From Leucoraja erinacea (lineage: Eukaryota): a stretch of 57,926 bases of DNA. Position numbers and translations under genes: made by a program. The stretch is taken from positions 1-57,926 of the forward strand of contig NW_026575267.1 of assembly GCF_028641065.1 (NCBI RefSeq). Direction: 5' to 3'. Shown piece by piece: positions 1 through 13,723 of the stretch (the stretch's first letter is position 1; each line of letters opens with the position of its first letter). Under the pieces are notes generated by a model. It saw nothing but the letters and a program-made list of their open reading frames with translations, did no database searches and was not told the DNA's origin.

Positions 1-779
1 AATGTGGGATATAACAAAATATGCTGAAAGGGAATCCAGTTTTGACCATTTTGATTAATTTATCAGTTCATTAAAGGCCATCGGGATGAGGGAACATGGG
101 TCCACAAGGGATATTTGGGCTCTTGAGTCTTCTCAAGAACGTCTAATTGTCATATATGTATCTGCAATGGAAAAATTACATTGACACTTGCTGCAGCTAC
201 ACAGTAGCACGCAGATCATAATTAATAATTAAACGTACTTTAAATTAGTAACCACATTACGAGGTAGCCAAAATTGTGCAACAACTGAAATCCATGGTGC
301 CGCCAAAAACTTGGTGCACAGAAAATCACTGAGGTTGTGTCATGTTTAAAAGCACTATAATTACTGGAAAGAAGCTGTTCTTGAAACTGGTGACCATGGT
401 TTTCAGATTTGTCAACTTTCATTCTGTTGGTAGGAGCAAAATGTGTGCACAGCCAGGCTGTAGTAGGTTTTTAGCAATATTAGCTGCCATTTAAAGCATT
501 GCCTTCTACAGATCGCTCAGATGTTGGAGAGGTTATACCTGTGAGTGACCTGGTAGTGTCTCCCCCATAGTTTTCTTTGTTCAAGGGCATTTAAGTTGCC
601 AAACCAGACCGTGATGCAACCGTACACCTGTAAAAGTTAAATAAAGTATTTGTCAACAAACTGAATTGATCAATCCTTTTAGGAAATAGAGGAAGGAAAA
701 AATAGGTATATATCATGTGTAGACAGCTGAGATGAAGCAAATCTAGTAACTTAAGTGGAAAAGCAAAAGACCAAAAAGA

Positions 780-2415
780 GGATACTAGATTTCTTTGCCA
801 GAGAAGGTTATAAAAGGGGTGGATTTGTGTATATTAAGAGCTAAAGGTAACTCAGGAGAGATTAAGGTCGCTGAAGGATCAATGTGGATGTCTATATTTG
901 GAGTCATGGAGAATGTTACGTGAACTGAGGGATTCAGTGAAAAGAACTACGATGTCTGGTAACATATCAACGTTGAGAGGCATAGGTAAGGTAGACAGTC
1001 AAAACATTTTTGCAGGTTGCAAATGTCCAGTACCAGCGGGCATAGCTGTAAGATGAGAGGGAGAAAGCATAAAGGACTATGTGGGACAGGTTTTTTACTA
1101 AGAATAGTGGGGGTCTTGTTTGCATTGCCTGGGTTGGTGGTGGCAGATACAATAGTGGTGTATAAGAGGCTTTTAGATAGGCACATGGATGTGCAGGGAA
1201 TAGAGAAGTATGGATCATGCACAGGCAGATGAAATCAGTTTAATTAGGCATCATGTTTGGCACAAACATTGTGGGCTGAAGGACTCGTACTGTTCTACGT
1301 TCAATCTGGAAAGAGGCACTGGTGGTCTTATAGTGCAAAACGGAGAGTAAATCCCAGGGGCCTGATCAAGGCTATCTTTGGACATTGTGTGAAACCAGGG
1401 AAGAAAATGCAGAGGCTCTGCAGAGATATTTGTATCACTGTTAGGCATGGCTGAGATACCGGAAGACTAATGTGGTGCCTTTACTTAAGAAAGAGTTTGG
1501 GAAAGGCAGGGAACTACAGACCAGTGAGCCTAATGTTAGTGGTGGGAAAGTTACTGGTGGGGATTATGAGTGGATCCACTTGCACTTGGAAAGGCAAGGA
1601 CTGAGGAGGAACAGTCATGATGGTTCTGTGCATGAGAAATCATGCCTCAAGAATTTGACTGGGTTTTTCAAAAAAGGGACCATGGAAATTGGCGAGGGAA
1701 GGGCAGTAGATGTTGCCACATGGACTTTAGCAAGGCCTTTGACATGGTCATGTATGGTACACAGGTCCAGAAGTTAGACCATAAGGGATCCAGGGTGAGC
1801 TATTCAATCGATAGAAAACTGGCTATAGACGTGGTTGTGTCGAGCTGTTTTAGAGTTTGGCCTATGACCAGTGGTGTGCTGCAGGGATCAGTGCTACGTC
1901 CACTGTTGATTATCATCTATGTCCATGATTTGCATGAGTATGCGATTGCCTTGGTTAGTAAGTTGATGAATAATAAATGAGTGGTACAGTCGACAGTGAA
2001 TAAGGTTATCTAAGATTGCCACAGGATTTAAATCAGCTGGGACAGAGGCCCAAGGAATGGCAGATGGAACTTAACTTGAACAAGTGCATAGTTTTTCATT
2101 TTGGCTGAACAGTAAATGTCACCAGACTGTTGGAAGGATGTGGTTTTGCTGGAGAGAGTACAAAGGAAATTCAGCAGGATGTTGCCTGGACTGGAGGACT
2201 TTAGCCATGGGGGGAGCTTGGAGAAGCATGGTCTGTGTTTCAAAAACATGAGGGATAGGTTTGAGGTAAGGCACATGGAGTTTTAAAGGAAATCGAAGGG
2301 TTCTTTTTACAAAGGGATTGATTGATGTCTGAATCATGTGCCAGAGGAGGTGGCGGAATCGGATACAGTCACCGTGTTTAAGAAACATATAGACAGGTGG
2401 ATAAATAGGTAAGGC
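780..2415 (+). mobile_element. Old CR1 LINE fragments
   Basis: Degenerate RT motifs MDFSKAFD, SGVLQGSVL. Confidence 0.8.
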
Positions 2416-2460
<45 letters not shown>

Positions 2461-3385
2461 TATTTTATTGACATTACACATAAATGCAATGAGATTTGGT
2501 ATGCAGCTTCCATCCGATGTCATAACATAAATAACTAATAATATTTAGATTTAGATACCCCGAGAACATGGTTTGTAAAAGAACAGTAAAATAGTCAAAA
2601 CAGTTCAAACAGACTAAAGTGCAGATGTGTCTGTGCGACGTGACCATCTGAGGGAGACAGTCCAGAGGGGGTGGGGGGCACTCAGCAGGGCCGGTTCAGA
2701 GCCGCTATAGCTCTGGGAATGAAGCTGTTCCTGAGTCTGGAGGTTCGGGCGTAGAAGGCCTTGTAACATCTGCCTGCCGGAGAGAAGTAGTTCGAACAGT
2801 CCATTACAAGGGTGTGTGGTCTTTATGGATGCTGATGGCCTTCCTGAGGCACCGTGTGTGGTAGATGCCCTCCAAGGCTGGTAGCTGTGTCCCAATGATC
2901 TTCTGCACCCTGTGGACGACACGCTGAAGAGCTCTCCTCTCCGCCTCAGTGCAGCTGAGATACCACATAGAGATGCCATACGTTAATATGCTCTCTGTGG
3001 GTCAGCGGTAGAAGGTTGTCAACAGCTGTTGGGGCAGACCAGTCTTTTTTAATGTTCTCAGGAAGAACAGTCATTGCTGTGCCTTCTTGACCAGCGCAGC
3101 GGTGTTGGTGCACCATGTGAGGTTCTCTGAAATGTGAGTGCGCAGAAACTTAAAGCTGGACACTCTCTCCACACTGTCCCCGTAGATGGAGATTGGGGCG
3201 TATTCTCCATTATGTGATCTCCTGAAGACAATAATCAGCTCCTTGGTCTTGGAGGTGTATAGTGACAAGTTGTTACGTGCACACCAGTCCGCCAGGTTCT
3301 GCATCTCCGCTCTGTATTTTGTTTCATCACCGTTGGTGATCAGCCCAATCAATGTAGTGTCGTCTGCAAACTTGACGATGGAATG
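2416..3385 (-). mobile_element. Rex1/Babar LINE 3' fragment with (TAA)n microsatellite tail (2416-2460)
   Basis: KFADDTTLIGLI, KTKELII, VKKAQQ. Confidence 0.85.
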
Positions 3386-4184
3386 CAGAAGATGAAGTCT
3401 CAATGCAAGCAAATGGGATTAATATACGTGGGCAAAAAGATCAGCATGAATGCGGTGGGCCAAAGGCTCCATTTATTGGCTGGACGACTCTGTCCATCTG
3501 AATATAAAATGATCATATTTGGTGGGGAAAAGAAGCAGATTCTCCAAACATATCACCAACTATTTGTCCTGGTACAACCACATTGTTACTGGGGCTAAGG
3601 TGCCACACCAGCGCCTCTACTTCTTCAGAATAACAAAGCATTTTAGCAGCTCTCCAGTGACTATCAATTTCTGCTTATGCACCACTATAGAAATCATTTA
3701 TCCAGCAGCATCATAGCTTGCTGGTCTGTCCGGTATCGCAAAAAATGTGGAGAGTTGTGGAAACAGCCCAGTCCAACACAAACCAGCCTGCTCCATCAAC
3801 TTCATCTACACTTCATGCTACCTCAGGAAAGCACCCAACATAATCCAGGGACCACTCACAACCTGGTCATTCTATGTCCTCTCCTCTGCTGTCAGGGGGA
3901 AAATATGACAGTTTGAAATCACGTAGCAACAGATTCAAGAACAACTATGTGTCTGCTGTTATCAGACTGTTGACACCTTCCATATGTTTCCAATTTTCCA
4001 ATCCACCTCGTTGTGGTACCTTGCACTTTTTTTTTTACACTAATATATTGAATGAGTGAACGATTTCACTGCATTACATGCAAAATAAACGTTGTCACTG
4101 TACATTGCTACATTTGACAATAATAAATTAACTCCAAAAACCAAGAGATGACAAAGGCCTGAGGTTCACACAGATCTTGGGGTC

Positions 4185-4430
4185 ATAGAAACATAGAAAC
4201 ATAGAAAGTAGGTGCGAGAGTAGACCACCAGGTCCGTCGAGCCCGCACCGCCATTCGCTCATGGCTGAACACTAAACAGACACACTTACCCACAAACAGT
4301 AGACACAAGACACAGAACACAAGACACTACCCTCCCCTTTATACCGCTATCACCCCTCTCCACCCCAAGAACCTCGTGATATCCTGGGGGAGGCAAAAAA
4401 CCGGATAAAATAGACCCAGGTCCAATTATC
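4185..4430 (-). mobile_element. CR1-type 3' UTR or SINE tail
   Basis: (CATAGAAA)n terminal repeat and CR1-like 3' hairpin region. Confidence 0.6.
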
Positions 4431-5085
4431 TTTGGTACTAGTATCTTTGGTCCCAAGACAAGCTCAATCCCAGTGGAGACTCGTTTAAATACGGGGGTTC
4501 CTTGTAACTCGCTGACATTCGCTGCACCCCCCACCCCTCCCCCCGGTATCCAGTATATGGAATACAACTAAATGGTATGACCGGGCTAAACCTCACTCGG
4601 ACTGGGCATACGTTTGGCTTCAAGCTGAGTTCAAAGCCGTTTCCTTGTCAGTGAGACAATAACACTGACAAAATCCCCGCCTCAGAGCCCATGCATCAAC
4701 TCAGTAATATTGCCAAATCATCCGTGTTAAAAGCTGCTGAACGCTGTGGGGTGGGCGATATCGGCAGAGGGAACGGGCTCCGAGGATGAACCGGAAGGAG
4801 ACAAATTAATTTGACAGCGGTAATATCACTGACTGACTTTTACCACGGAATGTCTGTCGGAAAGTTTGGCCGGAGCGCTAAATTTCGGGTCGTTTGTGGG
4901 CAAACCGTTTGAAAAATGTTTTCAGGAATCTGGGGCGTGGAGCTGGAATATGAGAGGAAGCTGTCTGTCACTTTGTCTCCTCCTCTCCCCGCCTCTCACT
5001 CTCTGCGTATCTCGGGCAGGTCGGGGCGCTGCGTATAAAAACAGACAGCACCAGTTAGATTATCACTGAGCAGCGACTACAGTGA

Positions 5086-5406
<321 letters not shown>

Positions 5407-5439
5407 ATAACTACCCCCTTTATTCCAACACAAAACAAA

Positions 5440-5480
5440 GGCTCTTCTAAGAGCCACCGGCAACCTCACAGAAAGAGCAG
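5440..5480 (+). terminator. Histone 3' stem-loop and U7-binding HDE of H4
   Basis: GGCTCT-TCTA-AGAGCC (5440-5455) then purine-rich AGAAAGAGCA. Confidence 0.95.
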
Positions 5481-5632
5481 AGACTGCAATTCGAGTAGAT
5501 GCAGATTGGAATGTGTTTTATTAAACTAGTTATTCCACCACTCAACAAACAGTTTTTAGCTTGATCACCGCGGTCATTAGAATGCGAAGCCGACAGTAAA
5601 AGATCATACACAAGGCGATGTCGGTTTCTCTT

Positions 5633-5792
5633 TGTTTAAGAGGGAACTACAGATGCTGGAGAATCGAAGGTTACACAAAAAAGCTGAAGAAACTCAGCGG
5701 GTGCAGGAGCATCTATGGAGCGAAGGAAATAGGCAACGTTTCGGGCCGAAACCCTTCGTCTGAGACCCTTTCTCCAGCTTTTTTGTGTAACC
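5633..5792 (-). mobile_element. Short Penelope terminal-repeat insertion with inverted end and 14-bp TSD
   Basis: GTCGGTTTCTCTTT duplicated at ~5619 and ~5793; GGTTACACAAAAAAGCTG is inverted at the end; empty paralogous site near 32490-32510. Confidence 0.8.
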
Positions 5793-6221
5793 GTCGGTTT
5801 CTCTTTTACCGATATACGTCATGATTAATGCAGCAACAGGAGGGTCGACTCCAAACCGTTCCCTGGGTAACAGTCGCTTATTTCCAGTCACGAGCAGAGC
5901 TGAATTCCGTCTGCACCGGGATCCGGTCTGTAAATCCGCGCCGCATATTCAGTCAGGATTTAAGCGAGAAGTTAAAGTGGTTTTGATATTATTTTGGCGA
6001 TACTGAATGATAAATACAATCCAGCCCCCACGACCTTCTGAAACAGCCGCCTGGTGCTGACAAACCTGCAGCCACTCGCAGGGATGGGACACCGTGAGTG
6101 ACATCTCTGCTCCATCCATTCAGAGGCTGTGGGCCGGCCCTTCACCAACGCTACAAAAGCGGGTCCCAGAGCCGGCTCCGTCATTCAGTCCCTGTATTTC
6201 ACACTGTGCTCCCACTGTTGA

Positions 6222-6638
<417 letters not shown>

Positions 6639-6664
6639 ACTCCACCTCTCCACCAACAACAAAC

Positions 6665-6705
6665 GGCTCTTTTAAGAGCCACTAATCCGGCAGAAGAAAG
6701 AGCTG
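6665..6705 (+). terminator. Histone stem-loop and HDE of H3 copy 1
   Basis: GGCTCT-TTTA-AGAGCC followed by AGAAAGAGCTG. Confidence 0.95.
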
Positions 6706-7086
6706 TGGCTTTCTAATGTCCTTTTACATCAATGTTCTCTTCTTTCTGCGGGGTTTTATCTGAATTGATGCCGCAGAGACTGCTGCTGAGTGGAGTCTGA
6801 TTTCAGTCATTCAAGTGTAACTGGTTTCGATGTAAATGCCAACACGGCTCATAATGGTGTGTACACGACCAGCCCCTGTTCGCTCTGCGCCCCCTTTTCT
6901 CACGCGCTCCGGGTTCAAGGAAAACAAACGCCTTTATTACGCACTTTCCACGCGCGCACCTCAGTCGCTGATCAGTCCTTCCACAGACACTGAGTTACAC
7001 CATCTCCATAATGATGAGGCCGGTTGGAGGGACAAAGGCGGCGACCACATATTCCAATTAACGACCCACACAGCGTTGACGCTGCG

Positions 7087-10000
7087 CTTGTACACTCTGG
7101 AGTTTAGAAGGATAAGAGGGGATCTTATTGAAACATGTAACATTGTTTAAGGGTTTGGAAACGCTGGAGGCAGGAAACATGTTCCCAATGTTGGGGGAGT
7201 CCAGAAGCAGAGGCCACAGTTTAAGTATAGGGGGTAAGCTATTTAGAACGGAGACGAGGAAACACTTTTTCTCACAGAGAGTTGTGAGTCTGTGCAATTC
7301 TCTGCCTCAATGGACAGTTCTGTGGAGGCCATTTCTCTGGATACTTTCAAGAGGGAGCTCGATAGGGCTCTTAAAGATAGCGGAGTCAAGGGATATGGGG
7401 AGAAGGCAGGAATGGGGTACTGATTGGGGATGATCAGCCATGATCACATTGAATGGCGGTGCTGGCTCGAAGGACCGAATGGCCTACTCCTGCACATATT
7501 GTCTATTGGAAAATGATTACCAATGCATGCACGATTTCTAGGGCTACCTCCTTGAGTACTCTGGGATGCAGACCATCAGGCCCTGGGGATTTAGGTGCCT
7601 TCAGTCACAACAGTTTACCTAACACCATTTCCTGACTAATGTAGATTCAAGTCAAGTCAAGTTTATTTGTCACAAACACATACGAGATGTGTAGTGAAAT
7701 GAAAGTGGCAATGCTCGCGGACTTTTATGCAAAAGACAAACAACCAAACAAACTATAAACACAATCATAACACACATATTTTTTTACATAATAATTAATG
7801 GAAGGAAAAACATTCAGTAGAGTTGGTCCCTGGTGAGATAGGCATTTACAGTCCGAATGGCCTCTGGGAAGAAACTCCTTCTAAACCTCTCCGTTCTCAC
7901 CGCATGGCAACGGAGGCGTTTGCCTGACCGTAGCAGCTGGAACAGTCCGTTGCAGGGGTGGAAGGGGTCTCTCATGATATTGTTGGCTCTGGAGTTGCAC
8001 CTCCTGATGTATAGTTCCTGCAGGGGTGCAAGTGAAGTTCCTGGTGGGGCTCTTTGAGGACACCAACCTGTGCGCAATCCACCACTACTCTCTGCAGAGC
8101 CCTCTTGTCCTTGGCAGAGCAATTCCCAAACCAGATGGTAATGTTCCTGGACAAGATGCTTTCCACCACCGCTGCGTAGAAGCACTGGAGGATCATCGGA
8201 GACACTGAATTCCCTCAATTGCCTGAGGTGGTAAAGGCGCTGCTTGCCTTACTCACGAGTGCTGAGGCGTGTGATGCCCATGTCATATCCTCAGAGATGT
8301 GGACTCCCAAATATTTAAAACAGTTCACCCTATCCACAGGACCCCCATTTATCCTCAATGGAGTGTACGTCCTCGGATGATGTGCCCTCCTAATGTCCAT
8401 GATCAGCTCCTTCATTTTTTTGATGTTCAAGAGGAGGCTGTTATCCTGACACCAGAGTGCTAGACCAGCCACCTCCTCCCGGTAGGCCTTCTCGTCGTTG
8501 TCTGAGATCAGTCCCACCACCACAGTGTCATCAGCAAACTTAATTAATGAGTTGGAGCTGAACCTAGCCACACAGTCATTTGTGTACAGGGAGTACAATA
8601 GGGTGCAACCCTGGGGCGATCCTGTGCTCAGGGTGAGGGACTTCAATGTATTCCCTCCCATTTTGACTACCTGGGGCCTGGCGGTGAGAAAGTCCAGGAC
8701 CCAGGCACACAGGGAGGTGTTGAGCCCCAATTCCATTAGCTTCCCGGCCAGTCTGGTGGGGACTATCGTGTTGAAGGCTGAACTGTAGTCTATGTAGTTC
8801 TCTTCAGTTCCTCCCTCCCAATAGATCCTCGGTCCCCTAGTATTTCTGGGAGATTGTTTTTATCTTCTTCAGTGAAGACAGAACCAAAATATTCATTTAA
8901 TAGTTCTGCCATTTCCTTGTTTCCCATTTTCAAGTCACCTGACTCTGATTGTAACTCAGATATTTGTCTTCATTAAATTTTTCTTTTTTCCATATCTAAA
9001 GATGTTTTTAGTCAATTTTTATTTCCCCACAAGCTTTCTTTCATTTTTTTATTTCCCCACAAGCTCTTATTTTTATCCCTCTTAATTAACCCCTTTATCC
9101 CTTGTTGAGTTCTATCATTTCTCCCAGTCCTCCAGTTTGCAGCTTCCTCTGGCCAATTCCCAACTTCTTCCTTGTTTTAACACTATCCTTGAATTCCCTC
9201 AAAAGCCACAGTTGAGACCCCATCCCAGTTTTTTTTTTTTGCCTGATAGGGTTGAACAATTTTTGGAGTTCATCCATGCGGTCTTTAAATCTTTGCCATT
9301 GCATCTCCACCGTCAACCCGTTAAGTATAATTTGCAAATCTATCCTAGCCAATTCCCGTCTCATACCTTCAAGGTCTCCTTTCTTTAAGTTCAGGACCAT
9401 AGTGTGAATTAACCGTGTCACTCTCCATCCTAATGCAGAATTCCACCATATTATGGTCACTGTTGCCCAAGGGGCTTTGCACAACAAGATCACTAACTAA
9501 TAATTCCTCATTACACAATACCCAGTCCAGGATGCCCTGCCCTCTTGTCGGTTCCTCAACATATTGTTTTAGAAAATCATCCCGTATACATTCCAGGAAA
9601 TCTCCTCCTCAGCTCAGTACCAATTTGGTTGGCTCAAACTGTATGTAGATTAAAGTCATCATGATAACTTCAGTACCTTTGCTACATGCATCCCTAATTT
9701 CCTGATTGATGCTATCCCCAACCTCTGTACTGCTGTTTGGTGGTCTGTATACAACTCCAACAAGCGTTTTCTTGCTAGTGCATTAAGCTCCTCTTTAACA
9801 AGCAATACCACCCCACCTCCTCTTCCTTTCTGTCTTTCCTTCCTGAATATTGAATACCCCTGGATGTTTAGCTCCCAACCTTGGTCACCATGGAGCCATG
9901 TCTCTGTAATTCCAACTATATCATATCCCTTAACTACTAACTGCGCATCCAATTCATCCACCTTATTACGAATGCTCCTCGCATTAACAAACAAAGCTTT

Positions 10001-10345
10001 CAGGTTTGTTTTACATATCTCCCTTCTACATTTTGCTGCTGTCCTCCTTTTAAGGCCCTCTGTCTCCTTGCATTGGTTCCCATCCCCCTGCCCTGTTAGT
10101 TTAAACGTGACCTTTACTGCACTTATTCTCGTTAACAGCACTCATACACATGCACGTTGTTGACCCCCCCCCCCCCCCCACTGTTTAGTTTAAACTCACC
10201 CGTGTCGCACTAGCAAACCTGCCCGCCAGAATGTTGGTCCATACCTCCATTAAGGTACAACCCATCCCTTTTGTACAGGTCACCCATGCCCCAGAAGATA
10301 TCTCAGTGGTCTAGAAATCCAAATTCCTGCCCCCTGCACCAACTC
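7087..10345. mobile_element. CR1 fragments (7087-7510 +; 7510-7650 and 8795-10345 -) with a nested Rex/Babar LINE (7650-8795 -)
   Basis: CR1 endonuclease NARSIRNKVDEL and GITETWL; Rex [16 protein letters not shown]. Confidence 0.88.
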
Positions 10346-10354
10346 CTTCTCCCT

Positions 10355-11140
10355 GTTTAAGAAAGAACCGCAGATGCTGGTAAAATCGAAGGTAGATACA
10401 AAATGCTGGAGACACTCAGTGGGTGAGGCGCATCTATGGAGAGAAGGAATAAGCAACATTTTGGGTCGAGACCCTTGTTCAGACTGATGTCAGGGGAGGG
10501 GGTAGGACAAAGAAACAAAGTTGGCAGAGACAATGGGACTAGTGGGAGGACTGGGAAGAGAGAGAGAGAGTAAGGGCTACCTGAAGTTCTCTAACTTCAG
10601 GTAGCCAACGTTCATACCGCTGGTTTTAAATTAACCAAGCAAAATATGTGCTGGTCCTCCAATTTGCACTGGGCCTCACTCTGACAATGGAGGAGGCCCA
10701 GGACAGGAAGGTCAGATTAGGAATGGGAGGGGGAGTTGAAGTGCTGGGCAACCGGGAGATCAGCTTGGTTGAGACGGACTGAGCGGTGGTGTTCAGCGAA
10801 ATGATCGCCGAGCCTGCGCTTGGTCTCGCCGATGTAGAGAAGTTGACACTTGGAACAGCGGTTGCAGTAGATGAGCTTTGAGGAGGTGCAAGTGAACCTC
10901 TGCCTCACCTGGAAAGACTGGTTGGGTCCTTGGATGGAGTCGAAGGGGGAGGTAAAGCGGCAGATGTTGTATCTCCTGTGGTTGCAGGGGAAAATACCTG
11001 GGGAGGGGGTGGTTTGGGTGGGAAGGGACGAGTTGACCAAGGAGTTACGGAGGAGCGGTGGAAAGTAGAAAGGTATGGAGATAGGAAGATATAGCCATTA
11101 GTGTGATCCCTTTGGGGGTGGCACCAGGGAGACAACATAC
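10355..11140 (-). mobile_element. Penelope-like element 3' fragment (GIY-YIG endonuclease and terminal repeat)
   Basis: FTCTSSKLIYCNRCSKCQLLYIGETKRRL...VAQHFNSPSHS; degenerate hammerhead-like motif ~10456-10483. Confidence 0.9.
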
Positions 11141-11459
11141 CATCCTCGAGTCTCGCCTGTCACCACAGAATCTCCTGTCCGCTCCTGACAATGGAGTAAC
11201 CCACCACTGTTGATCGTCAATAGTCTAATGTCCTTTATGCAAAGAGCGATCTCTAACATTTCTATGATTAGAGTTTGTACCCATAAGTTAGGAGTTTAAA
11301 ATGGTAAGAATGCGCTCTTAAGAATCTCTCATGTAATTAATTCACATTGGGTGTGTCTTGTTGGTGGGTTAGGATAGAATAATTGGGATGCGGGGATCCA
11401 GTATCACACACAGATGTGTAATTATTTTTATTTTTTTGCCTGAAAAATACATTTTCTTT

Positions 11460-11650
11460 TTGGGCGGGCTTTTCAAACCTGTTATTTTGGGGCCAGGCGG
11501 TTATTTTCCGCGCATCTCCGGTTGTTGTCTGCTCATTGGAGAAAGAGGCAGCTGTACGATTGGCCTATTTGAAATCACCAATGAGATGAAGCGCTGCGCC
11601 ACCAATGGGAAGCGCTCCACCGCATTCCTCTAGAAGCTACAAGAAGGGCG
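11460..11650 (+). promoter_or_regulatory. H2A copy 1 promoter: GGCGG-N4-TTCAAA, several CCAAT/ATTGG boxes, TATA-like TACAAGAA
   Basis: ATTGG at ~11536 and ~11559, CCAAT at ~11578 and ~11602, GCTACAAGAA at ~11636. Confidence 0.75.
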
Positions 11651-11684
11651 AGTGCGGGAGGATTTCCTCATTCTTTGTGCGTAG

Positions 11685-12089
<405 letters not shown>

Positions 12090-12316
12090 ATCAGCGAAAC
12101 CTCAATCTAACGACCCAAAGGCTCTTTTCAGAGCCACCTACAGTGTCTATCAAAGGGCTGAGCAGCGGCTGGCTATTTCCGTTCAGAGGACCGCTTCCTA
12201 TGTCTTGTGTTGACGCGCCTCCACTCGCGGGTCTTGTTATAAACCACCCGGGCTAACTCACTCCCCGTTACGTCCTCATGAGTAAAGCCAACATCTGCAG
12301 CAAACAATCAATCAGT

Positions 12317-12788
12317 TTTATTCGTCACATTGCACATAAAGTGCAAGTGAAATGAATTTGTCAGCAGCGGTACAATGATAAAGAACACACAAACACAATA
12401 AAAATTTAACACAAACATCCACCACAGCATTCATCACTGTGGTGGAAGGCACAGAAATTGGCCAGTCCTCGATTTTCTCCCGTGGTTGGGACCTCAACCC
12501 TCCGCAGCCATCGCTGCGGGCGTCCAGATGGTAAAAGGACAAGGTAAAAGTCAAGATAAGTCCAGGATCGGCTCTTCCCCACCGGAGACCGTGGCTTAAG
12601 GCTGGTGTAGGCCGCAGGCCGGCGGTCGAAGATCTAAAGTTCGCGCCGCAGCCAGAAGCACCGCAGACCGCAGGGCCGACAGACGAAGCTCCCCTCCAGG
12701 GATCCCCGGCGAGGGACCCCGTTCCTGATGGTAAGTCACCACCACGCCCGCGGTAGAAGCTGGCCGCGGGCCGGCGGTGGAAGCTTCT
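12317..12788 (-). mobile_element. GC-rich non-autonomous retroposon; same family as 17060-17555
   Basis: Shared CCACCACAG...CTGTGGTGG hairpin and GC-rich body in opposite orientation. Confidence 0.7.
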
Positions 12789-13175
12789 TCTCAGCTAACA
12801 CTGCCCCCCAACAACAGGAAATCACTTGTTGTCAAGTCAAGGTAGGTCAAGTTTATTTGTCACATACACATACAAGATGTGCAGTAAAATGAAAGTGGCA
12901 CGTCAGGGTCCCTCTTTGACCGCTCCTCTCTCAGCACGGCTGGTGTTGCAACCACCCCGTCACACGGTGGCAGCGGCGTTAGCTCTGCAAAGTTCTGAAA
13001 GATCTGTGCGGATTGTGCAAAACAACGGAACAGGTGCTCCTGAATGTATATTGACATTTACCACTACATCAACTAATGCAAGGGCATTCGTTGGCCTTGC
13101 CCTGTAAACCAACTCTGGTTCCACAAATCCGAAAAAGTTTGTGTTTTGTTTTTGTGTTTGAAATCCACCGAGGAT

Positions 13176-13631
13176 ATGCCTGATCCGCCGAAAACAGTCG
13201 CTAAAAAGGGCGCAAAGAAAGCTTTGCCAAAATCTGCAGGTAAAGGGGGCAAGAAGCGCAGGAGGTCGAGGAAGGAGATTTACTCCATCTACATCTACAA
13301 AGTGATGAAGCAGGTTCACCCGGATACCGGCATCTCCTCCAAGGCCATGGGCATCATGAACTCGTTCGTGAACGATATTTTCGAGCGTATCGCGGGTGAG
13401 GCTTCCCGCCTGGCGCATTATAACAAGCGGGCGACCATCAGCTCCCGAGAGATTCAGACTGCCGTGCGCCTGCTTCTTCCCGGGGAGAGGGACAAAGGCG
13501 GTGACCAAGTACACCAGTTCCAAATAAAGATCCACACATTGTTGAAAAAACACCCAAAACCCAAGAAGAGCCACCCACATTTTCGCAGAAAGAGTTGTAC
13601 TAATGTTTTGACATTAAATCAAAGACATTGA
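13176..13631 (+). pseudogene. H2B: Histone H2B copy 1 with ~23-nt deletion and frameshift after LLLPGE; stem-loop 5' arm deleted
   Basis: H2B core [17 protein letters not shown]...; LAKHAVSE codons missing; original [15 protein letters not shown] (13525-13527) is out of frame; only the AAGAGCC half of the stem-loop remains at 13566-13572. Confidence 0.9.
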
Positions 13632-13723
13632 CATTAGCTGCTGCGGCGTCTACAGCCCGGGATCCCTCGTGGGGGACCCGGGGGAAGAAGAAGCCGCCAT
13701 TGCATGGACTTACCATCACCCCT

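Noticed and set aside
2119-2523. ORF with a poly-Tyr run
   Set aside because: Translation of the (TAA)n LINE tail microsatellite
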